Below, in pieces: positions 50,815-61,400 of a stretch of DNA of 64,000 bases; positions within the stretch are counted from its first letter, which is position 1; the number at the start of each line of letters is the position of its first letter. The notes beneath the pieces are model-generated. The model was given only the letters and a program-made list of their open reading frames with translations, was not told the DNA's origin and made no database searches. The position numbers and the translations under genes are program-made. Source of the DNA: Nemertoderma westbladi (Eukaryota; Animalia; Xenacoelomorpha); assembly GCA_032718475.1 (NCBI GenBank), contig JAUCBJ010004773.1, positions 1 through 64,000 of the forward strand, read 5' to 3'.

Positions 50815-52924
50815 GTTGGTTGACGTATATTTGTTTGTTATTATAAGAGCAAAAGTTATATATCGTATAATACGGATGTTTTGGTATACCGGTAGTAAAT
50901 TAATGTTACAATTATTATCATAAATAAATGCGGCTTTTAGGTGAGAAATAGTTTGTGGAGCGGACGCCATTTAACGTATCCTAGTTAATCAAAGATTACC
51001 AAATATAAGGCTTAATTGATTATCTTATTATTACAATTGATTTATAATTGATGTATATATATACCCTACTAAAATAACTATTTATGGCCACGGAAATAAA
51101 ATAGTACTTTATATCCCGTGTAAAGTCCTCTACGGTGGGGGCTATCCTACGGCCTACAAGTCTACTAATATGAAGCTATAGAATATCTCTAACCGTGGAG
51201 TCCAGTAGTATACCGCTTACCAGATCCTAGTAACGATGTATCTTACTATGAGACTCTAGTAATGAAACGGGCTCGTACAGTATCTGACAACAAATCCCAG
51301 TCCAGGATATCTAAACAAACAGATACAATACACAAACTACTACTGGCGAGGAGCAGAGCCTGATGTCTATTCTATGTACGTGAGCGGGTCTAATGCCTAC
51401 GTACTAGACAAAAGGATACCTGTCCTCTAACCGGTATGGCAGATGTACAGTTACAGTAACAGACCAAACTCACGGGAAAACAATCCCCGCGCAGCGAATC
51501 CTAACTATCACTGACAGTCCTAAATACAGTAACTTGCCGCGGTGTGATTTATATGGTTTATATACGAGCTAAGTGGGTTACAGACCTAGCGTTACAATAC
51601 TGATCTCCCTGTCTGAATCAGTCTAAAAAAGGTCGTGCCTAATGTAACAATACTGCTGAGCCGAAAACAACAGTTTAATAACGAAAATGAAATACTCCCT
51701 TTGCCGTAACTAAATATCAGATCCTAATTTACAAATACAGATAAATTCTGCCTAAAGTAATATAAAGTGCGCTATAACTAGTAGAACTCTAAGGGTAAAT
51801 ATGTTTTAGGGCGTGTGTGTGTGGGTGTGTTACAATAAAACAATTTTGGTGTATATATTTTCACTAGGTTTTAGTAATTTTCTGACCGAAACGATACCGT
51901 GCGCTAGCTACTAAAATAAACTAGTCGCGTTTTGTAGAACTTTATACTTACAAATGACGTCAAAGCTCTCTCCTTCTTATCCACAACTCAAATGGGCAAC
52001 CACGGTGTTAGTAACTACACCCGTGATCGGCACAAATACCAGATTCTGGTTGTAAGATAAGAAATAGGGGTTAATCGCTACCGTACGTTAGCTGATCTGG
52101 TATACAAATTTGATTCTAGAACTTTGTTGCCGCGGTAGTTAGCAGCAAATACCTATCAGTACGTGGCAAGGCGCGGTAGGATATTAATAAAACCTCCCTA
52201 GGCCAAGCGGTGTGCCGGTAGCAGAAATACTCCTTGCCTGATCAAATAACTAACTTCAGGCAGGGGGGGGGGGGGGGGGGGGGGGGTACTAATGTATGTT
52301 CTACAAAGCGAACCGGTACCAAACAGTCAGTGCTAACAAATCACTAAATTATGGAACGTATGCTGTCCGTACCTAATATGTACTTGCGCACTGACGAACG
52401 GCAATAGTTCGCACCCGTAAGACATACAGGTAACCCAGGGATTTGCAGGACTGACAAAGGGATTCTGTCTAAATATAATTATTTGATCCTAAATTTTGCG
52501 GCGTCCAGGACGGCGTCACGCTTACCCTGATCTATAGGTCTTACGGCGGGCAAGGGCGTCGAACAAAGTCTTACCTTCATCGGAAGTCGGGCGCTGCATG
52601 GCAAGTTGAGTATTTCGTTGGGCGAAGGGGGTGCGCGGTCAAATCTAATGTGGGCGCTAGCGTGTTGTGGACATCTTTCCCTTGCGTTGCTGACGGCCTA
52701 ACGGTCTAGGCTGCCATCTTCCCGATGTTTGGCTGTCCCAAAGTTGGACCAAAAGAAAACATGTTCAGGAGTTTGCAGTGTATTTACAGTTTAGCAAAGA
52801 TTTATCAAACAGAATTACAAATAGTTTCAACAAGAAACCAACAAAGTATAACGAAATGATTAGTGCATCTAGAGTAGTGAGTTTGAGACAAGTGAAGTAA
52901 GTGATAACCGAAGGCAAACCAGCC

Positions 52925-53065
52925 CTTTATATACTAAATCTGGGACATAGAATTCACTAGAACCTTCGAGAGTATTCGATGGCCTCACATTGGAGCAATA
53001 AGATATTCCATGCCTTATGATTGGCCTAACTCATCGTTCGATACTTTGTACGCACCTCATTGGCT
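52925..53065 (-). promoter_or_regulatory. Putative Pol II promoter (possibly U3 of the 3' LTR)
   Basis: Minus-strand TATATAAAG at ~52925-52933, with CCAAT boxes at ~53020-53024 and ~53059-53063. Confidence 0.4.
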
Positions 53066-53110
53066 TACCAATTTGTACCAAATGAAAATAAATGGCCCCA
53101 AAATACAAAT

Positions 53111-53180
53111 TTCCCGACCAAGATTCGAACTCGTAACCTATGTAATGCAACCAACGCCTTAACCATCTGACCACTACGCC
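53111..53180 (-). other. Degenerate tRNA-like sequence / Pol III A- and B-box element
   Basis: Minus strand reads GGCGTAGTGGTCAGATGGTTAAGGCG...CGAGTTCGAATCTTG. D- and T-arms are recognisable; acceptor and anticodon stems do not pair. Confidence 0.55.
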
Positions 53181-54011
53181 ACGAGAGTAACTAGGGGTTT
53201 TTATGTATACAAATATGAATAGGCATATTACATTACTGTAACTTAATCAAAGTGCGTCGGATTTTCGAAAGTTTTTACGTTATACTACAAATGCTATTCT
53301 ATAGTGAAATAATTCATCACCGCTCCATGAAAACAGTAAGTAAGACTGTTTTCACCAATCGAAATACAAAACTATTTACAAACTACTTCTAAATCTACTG
53401 GTGGGGCCTAAAATATAAAATAATCACTATCTAATTATTGCATACTTAATATTGCAGGTACAGCGTAAATACAATCCATCATACATACAAAATACAAATT
53501 TACCAATTAACTTTAGTGCCTAAAATACAAAAAAGGCTTTCGGTTATCAAGATAAACAAATTAAACAAATCAGAACAAAATAAATCAAAACGAATCGAAC
53601 AAATAATTGCAACTCTTTCAATAAATCTTTATATATTGTAAATATACATAATAAACTTCCACCAAATTAAATCAGTCCAAATATAAAATAAACATAAGGC
53701 GCTAAAATCTTTCAAATAAGTCTTAAAGTGTCCTCCTGACGATCTAAATAGTTCGTCCTGCTGGTCTGGATGTCTTCTCCTGAGCACTAATTGCTAACGG
53801 TAGGCTCGCAAGCCTTCCTTCTCTATCTCGCTCCTCCAAAACCAACATTCAATATAGATACCCAAATATAATATCCAAACATAAAATATCCAATGTAAAT
53901 ATCCAAATATAAAATATCCAATATAAAAATCCAATATAACATCCAAATAAAATATCTGAATATAAATATCCAAATCGGTAGGCTCGCAAGCCTTCCTTTC
54001 TTCTCGCTTTC

Positions 54012-57000
54012 CTAATCCTTGGCTGATCGGGCTCGTCCACGTCCTCTAATGCGACTGGGTGGTGGTCGAGATCGAACTGGACTCGGACTTCGGTGTCGAG
54101 TTGTAGGTGGTTCCAAAATGCTAGGAAAGGGGACGACGGGAGTCTCGCACATCCGTCGTGCGCTCAGTCCTCTAAATCCTCGTCCGATTCCAACTGTCGG
54201 CTTAACGTCGGATCGAGTTTCTACAACGCTGGGAGGAAGTTGAAAGGGTAGGACCGTTCCGTCCGTTGACACCTTGCTCTCTGACGTCGTTTGAATCCTA
54301 ATGGGTTCCGGCAAAGCCTATCCTGTCCCTCCGCGTGGTTCTCTAGCGAGGGAAACTGTGCCCCGAGTCATCCGGATTTGCGACTTCGATGTCGTCCTCT
54401 CGGCGACATTTACTACTTTCTTTATCTCTTGTCCGGCCTTTTGGGCTCTGAGTATACGAAGTTGCGGATCATCCTGTGGGTGACGTGTCTTTTCAGCTAA
54501 CGGCGTGGCCTTGAAGCCAGTCTCACGCAAAACGTCGGTCTCGTCTAGAATGCACGAGGTTACGCGTTTGTGATAAAATGCGCTCCTGTATGCCCAAGCT
54601 ATCGAATGCCAAGCTCCTCGATTCCGCTGTTCAACTCGCAATTTGTCGAATTCTCCGGCGGTAATCTTGTTCACCACAGTTTGAAAGTTCCAAGTATTCT
54701 TGTTGTCGGGGTGTACCTGTAGAAAGTAGTCCCGCACAACTTTAAATCCGCTATCCAGTGGCAATATATCCAGCACCTCCAGAAGTTTGTCGTACTGAGG
54801 CATAGCCGAAACGTATCCTTCCTTCGACATTATGAGAGGGTTTACGGCCCAAAATCCCAAGTGGGCTCTCATAGGAAAACGGTGTCGCTGCGTTGATACA
54901 TGCTCGTCTGCTAGATTCTCCCAATGGTCGAATAGCTGTCGAACGATTTTAACTGACATATGCTCATAGGGAACATCCCTAAGTTGACATTCGGACGCCC
55001 TATGGCCTTTAATATTGCAATATGTGCACTGCGCCACAAAACGCCAGCAAGTGTAGAAAGTGTGCGAACGCTGATCCCCACACCAGTTGCATACCAAGTC
55101 CGGTAGAGATATGTGTTTCGCTCCGCATTTCTTTGCGTGGTGGCCAGTTGCCCCGCATCTGCCACAAATAGTGTTGACAGGGTACCAAACTCGCTCATAG
55201 ATAAGATCTCCGATGGGGCGAGCGCTACCGTCCATGTGATAATTCTCATCATCTGGGTCAGTCGGTATGTTCGTCTCCGTGGGTTGTACACAAACCATGG
55301 CATTGCTTTTCTCCAACTCGCGTATCTCAGTTCGCGTCTTCCTCGGAAGATTCTCCTCTATTTCTATGAGTTGCCGCAACGGTTCGTCTATTAGCGCCAA
55401 CTCGGTCGGATCCACATCGTCGTGATGGGCGGTAGGCTCGCGAGCCTTCCAGGATCCTTCCGGGCGTTCGAATTCCGCGTGGTGTTCCCCGTCGTAGGGT
55501 ACTAACGTTAACATCGACGGTCTGTCGACTAGGCTTCCCGCGTGAGTGAGATAGACGTCCCTGAAAACGCTAAGTCCCGCTCGCGTGAAAACTTCGCAGT
55601 GCGCATCGGTGTTATAAAAGGGTTGGAGAAATTGTCGGAATACATCCGTATGCGTCCTTCCTCCGTCGTAAAATGTATGTCCTTCACCGAGACATAACGG
55701 ATGTCGCTTCAGAGTCCTAGACACAACATCGGCGATGAAGCAGACGTTGACCGAAGATTCTATCGCCAAGTAATATTGTAAGATTATTCGCGGAGGTGAA
55801 GTAATCGCCCAGTACTCGCAACCTTGCCACTTTAGCTGTGACTCGAACTCGTTTACATCGGGAGTGTCTCCCTCTCCATATACGTCCGTGTATTTGCTCC
55901 TCTTACTCTCCTTATAATCCCAACTGAACATTAGATATGAGATATAACCCGTCCCAGTTTTTCGCGTGTTATACTCCCTAAAGTATCCTTGCTCGATAGC
56001 CCAAAGCAACAATGGTCTAGTATCCACGTATGGTGTAGGCAATCGGTCCTCTTCTGTGGGCATCCCTGCAAAGTCGCTAATAAGGTCATCCCATACACCG
56101 GATCCGATCTTGACGATGCTTTTGTCTAACACAATGTCTCGCACGGCCTTTGGCAACATCCTAGCTTCTATGCTACAAGCCAGGTCCATGGATTTAACTA
56201 TCCGTTTTATCATCGCGTGTCTTGCGTCGTTCCTTCTGGCATAGGCATCTTTCTATCGCTTCTTTGTCGGCTGAAAACATGTAACACGCCATCTGGTGCT
56301 CTAATCTGTATAGTCTTCGAAGTGAGGCTTTGCTGGTGGCTTCCTCCTTCATTATCGTAAAACATGTAACCATTCTCCTTCAGAGATCGGCTAGTCACGT
56401 CCCAATCGTCGAGTAAATCGTCGGTAGGGTTCCAAATTCTCCCAATCGACTTTTCATCATCGAAACTAATAGGTTTTCCGGTCCAATTGGTCGCGATGTC
56501 GGTATCGGTCTCGAATGTTCCGACTCCGATCCATAATCGAATCGTTCTCGTCAGATATCCTCGCAAGATACAAGGTGCGATATCCGTCCCCGCGCGATCC
56601 ACTTCCTTAAAATTCGTAATATGTGGAGGCACATTGCGTACGATTTTCTGAACTATTGTTCTACGCAACTCGGCTGACTCTAACACATCACCATAGGTAA
56701 CCGATGGGAGGAAATCCAGGTTCGAAATGATCTCCGGGTGTTCAACTATAGGGATCTCGTAAGTTGTCTCCTTCCGGGTCGGTATACTAATAGGAAAACT
56801 AGTTGGTCTCGCAATCGGTACTATCGTTCCAGCAAAATGGGGTTGAGGTTCTCGCGTCATCTCGACATGAGGTATCTGTAGTCTCTGCGACAAATGCTGA
56901 GCAAAGGTGATACTATCGAAGAGCTCGGGTGTCATCTCCTTAGGTTCAGTTTGATCGTGGGATATCCAATAGAATGGTAGGCTCGCGAGCCTTCCGCCGA

Positions 57001-57739
57001 ACTCCTCGATCTCGCCTTTCTCGTACGCCTTGTACACCCTGTAGAGGCTCAAAGCTTCCCGTTTCTCTTGCGTCGACTTATTAGATTTGTCCACTACCAT
57101 GCTGTAGACATCTGGTTCGACTAATTTAGGTTCGTTAATAACGATCCCACCCGCGTTCGCTCCACTCATTTTAAACGAATGATACGGATTTGTCAAAGGG
57201 TATCCGCCTTCTTGGTAACGTAGACTTTGGTGGTATGAGCATCGCGCTAATATCGGCTCGGGGTTCTCCGAGTTCAACCGTATAGGAATCGCGTTGTCTT
57301 GCTCACGCATACACGCTCCACATTTATAAAACAGTTTGTATATGGAGAACGCGTCCTTGGTCTCTGGATCCGCTCCTCGAGCGCGTCTATAAAGATGCAT
57401 TCCTTCAAATTCGTCTCTGGCTGCAGGTAAGGGTTCATTTACCGTCAAGTATTGCAGCATATGATATAATCGGCGTATTTCGGTGTCTGGATCCTCGCAA
57501 ATGTCGCTAGCATTGAACTCCGCGCGTAATTCCTCCGTTCTTTTGTTATATGCGTCCAATCGTTGTCGCGTAACATTCGGGTCCGCCTTGGATTTAGCGA
57601 GCTTGGCTGTACTCCTAGCCATACTCTCCACTCCAAACACACTAAAGTTTTTAGCTCCATAACGATTAAATGGCGCCTGATGCTCTTGTTCCTGCGTAAA
57701 CCCTTGACGTAACTCTTTATAAATCTTCTCCGCCATCAT
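54012..57739 (-). pseudogene. Accessory ORF of the BEL element (509-aa, 631-aa and ~100-aa segments): DEDD 3'-5' exonuclease-like domain, 3 CCHC knuckles, Arg/Ser-rich tail
   Basis: FYDNEG..TIQIRAPDGVLHVF, then LPKAVRDIVLDKSIVKIGSGVWDD, YVDTR and YLAIES. Knuckles CGRCGATGHHAKKC, CNWCGDQRSHTFYTC and CTYCNIKGHRASEC. A -1 frame change with ATGA overlap at 56210-56213 and an in-frame TAG at 54318. Confidence 0.7.
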
Positions 57740-58471
57740 ATACGCGTATATATGGTTACATATCGTTACGTTTCTACTAGATGAAACACAAAATAGAGGT
57801 TAGATGTGAGGTGACTTAGAGTTTGTCGGCTTTTGGCTCAACTTTGCTCTAAACCCCAACCCATTTGCCTAATGACTTCGGGTTCGCGTGATTTCGCACT
57901 GGCTCCTAATCCAAAAAAATGTGCCGATAAAAAACGAATTCCGGGTAAACTAGCCGCGAGTCTAAAATACTCACCTTTTAATTTCCCAAACTACATTCCC
58001 AAAAGAAAATAATGCAGGCGAGAATTAATTCGGTCTAAATAATAGTAGACACGACTACGTAGAACAAGGCCGGTTTTCTTTTCCAAAAAAATTTTTCGGT
58101 AGGCTCGCAAGCCTTCCATCCGCTCTTGTCATCCCCAATTTTAATTTTTATCTAGTTGTATTCTAGAATTCGCATTCACTGGAGAATCATTTTTCTTAAA
58201 TTTAAATCCAACTAAATGGATTTGTCTAATAATTTTTGAAAAATTGTCTCACTTGTGGGTTCCAAGTGGAATTCCATTCCTACTGTACACACAATCCCGC
58301 TCCTATGTGATACATAAGGGTACTACCCTCCATGTTCACATATAAAGACAATGGAATTCCACCGCTGTCTCTATCTACAGTGAAGAGGATTACAAATGCA
58401 CATACAGTAATACAAATACTAATTTACTAAAATACGGTAGGTCTATGTGGCGGCCAACCAAGGTCCCACAT

Positions 58472-61400
58472 CTATTTACTAATATTGGGTGGAGATTTGT
58501 AGTCTCCTGTCTCGTTTCTAGTCTCCTCAAGGAGCACGAGACGTTGTACAGGTCTGTCTACGGTACGACCGTCGATAGTCCTTACAGTAACTGTCCTCAC
58601 TACACCAGATGTAGGGTGCGTGGTCAAAATGACTCCAGTCAGCCAAAACCGTCTTTTCAGATTGGCTTCAGCCAATAAAACATGGTCACCACGTCTTAAA
58701 CATCGGGTATTAAGATACCAAGAGGTTCTGGTCAAAATAGAGGGCAAATAATATTTCTGCCATATTTCCCAGAATTTATTTGCAAGCAATTGAGTGGTTT
58801 TCCAAGCCTCGTTGCCGTATCCGTCGCTATCAACGGGTACCGAAATGGGCAACAATGTCGTCGGCGCCTGCATAAGCAGGTGCGCTGGTGTCAAGGCAAA
58901 CTGTGCATCGTTATTGTCTGGGATCAAAGCGATCAGTCTAGTGTTCAAAATCGCTTCAATTTCTATTAACAACGTCGTCAGTTGGTCGTCTGTCAGTATG
59001 TGTTGCGTCGGTACGACTTTAGCCATAGCTGTTTTAATTGAACCAATCAGTCTTTCCCAAACGCCGCCTCTCCACGGACTGTCTGGAGTATTGAAATACC
59101 AAACAATACGGTGAGGACGTAGTTCCTCAGAAATCTGGTTTTTGTCCAACTTTCTCAAAGCTCTGGTTATCTCGTTCCGTGCACCCACAAAGTTTGTCCC
59201 TTGGTCGCAGTAAATGGATTTGACCAATCCACGTCTAGCGATAAATCGCCGTAAGGCTAGGATAAAGGCATTGGTGGTCAAATCTGTCACTCGCTCTATA
59301 TGGACAGCTCTGCTGGCCATGCAAGTGAAGATCAGTCCCCAACGTTTTACCTGTACCCTTCCGCGTTTCGCGATTATGGGTCCAAAACAGTCTATCCCTG
59401 TCTCAGTGAAAGGGGGTCTAAATGCCTGTAATCTTGCTAGTGGTAGTTCACTCATTTCTTGGTGTCCTATCCTCGCGTGCACCTTCTTACAAATCATACA
59501 GTTCCGTGTTACCGAACTCAGTGCCTTACTAGGTCTAATCAGTACAAACCTGGAGCGTAAGTGTGATAGACAGTGGTGTCTACCCACATGTTTGAGTTGT
59601 ACATGTGCGTCCAGTATCATAGCGCGCTGTAATTCATGGTGTTGCGGTATGATGATAGGATACCTAAAGTCAAGTGCAAAGTCAATGTTTTGGAGTCTGG
59701 ACTTGTGACAAAGTAAGCCCCGGTAAATAATCGGACTCCAACTCAAAATCGGTGAAGACTTAATCTGTTTACCTTGGTTGATCGCTGTGAACTCTCGTGC
59801 GAAATATCGCAATTGATAATGTCTAATGATATCAACTTCACAATGGCCAACTTCCTTTAAGGTAAGTCTTCTAGGAAAGTCGCATTTGCCTCTGGCATAT
59901 TGTCTCAAACGTTTGAGCCATGCTAACTTGCGGCACGCGTCAGTCCATGATCTAGTTAGGTTCACTATCCTGTCAACGTAAGTGTTAGTGACGTCATCAG
60001 GTAAGGTATAGTCATAGTGTGGATACTTGTCTGGACTTGGTAGGCCCACGGGCCTTCCGGTAGGTTTGTCTGAGTCCCCAAGTACGTCAATCTCTACGGT
60101 CTTACCTTTACCGTCGCTCCTAATGTGTCGACTGGCAGTAACGGTTTCAACTCTACAGTGTCAGTGTGTTCCTGTGAGCCTGTAAGCTTCCTAACCTTAG
60201 TCACACGTTTACCTGTAGGTGGTAAGTCAAGTACTTTCTTTGAGCGGAGTGTGATCGCTGTGGCCACACCTTTGTCGTCCAAAGAAGTCAAATTCGGTAA
60301 GTTTCTAAATGTCCGCTCCAATGGGTCTTCTAGTGGAGTGTCTAGTAGACAGTCTGGTGAAGCGTCCGGTGAACAGTCTGGTGAGACGTCTGGTGAGACA
60401 TAGCGCGGAACTTCCAGCGAAATGTCCTGTCGTCGGTCCCAAGGTCTGTCTGGCATATCTTCTGTCAGAAAGTCTGGTCCAAAGTCTGGTGGACAGTCTG
60501 TCGAGATGTCTGGTGGAAAGTCTGGTGAGACGTCCGGTAGACATTCTGTCGAGAGTTCCATCAAACAGTCTGGCGAACAATCCGGAGAACAATCTGGTGT
60601 CGCTTCTGGTGAATAATCTGGCGAGTAATCTGGTGAACAATCCGGCGAAACGTCTGGTGAAATCTCCCGCGGAACATCCGGTGAAGGATTCGTACAAGCG
60701 TCTGGTCGAGTGTCTGGTGAGACATCTGGCGTAATGTCAGGTCTGGCGTCTAGGTCATCAGATTTCGTCCGTCCTTGTTTCCTCTTGACCTTGGTGTTGG
60801 CTTTCGCTTTGGACTTGACAACCTTGTTGATTTTTATCTCGGCACCCTCTGGTATGGTATTGGTTGTCGCGTCGAATAACGGTGGCCATTCGTCTGATGG
60901 TCGCTGTAGGAAATCGGGTCCTCTAAACCAAAAGGATTTATTGTCCGGTTTACAAAAGTCAAGCGGTTGCATCCCCCGTGACGCGATGTCAGCTGGGTTC
61001 AGCTTCCCTGGACAGTGACGCCAATCTTGTTTGAGCGACCGGTCTAATATTTCAGCCCGTCTGTTGGCTACGAGAGTCTTGAACTCAAACGCTTTGTTGT
61101 TTATGTACCAAAGTACCAACGTCGCATCCGTCCAATATGTGACCTTCAAGTTAGCCTCCAGCTCGCGTTGAACTAGACTGACAATATTGGTGGATATCGT
61201 CCCGGCTTGCAGCTCCCCACGAGGTACAGTCATATACTTCAATGGCATTGTTCTAGCTCTTGAAGTAACGAGAGACACTTCGTAGCTGTCCGATGTCACT
61301 TGTCGTCTAAGGTACAAAGTAACCCCCAATCTATCCTTGCTAGCGTCACTAAAGCTGTGAAGCTCTAAATCGTCTGGAAAGGTGGTTTGCAAAGGAAAGT

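Noticed and set aside
50904-51649. TGTTACA...TGTAACA as exact LTR termini
   Set aside because: No adjacent polypurine tract, and no second LTR in the window to confirm.
26102-52286. Four C/G homopolymer runs of ~21-24 nt (26102, 34343, 36228, 52263)
   Set aside because: Homopolymer lengths are unreliable in assemblies and the runs share no context.
53111-53180. Functional tRNA gene
   Set aside because: Acceptor and anticodon stems do not pair; kept only as tRNA-like.
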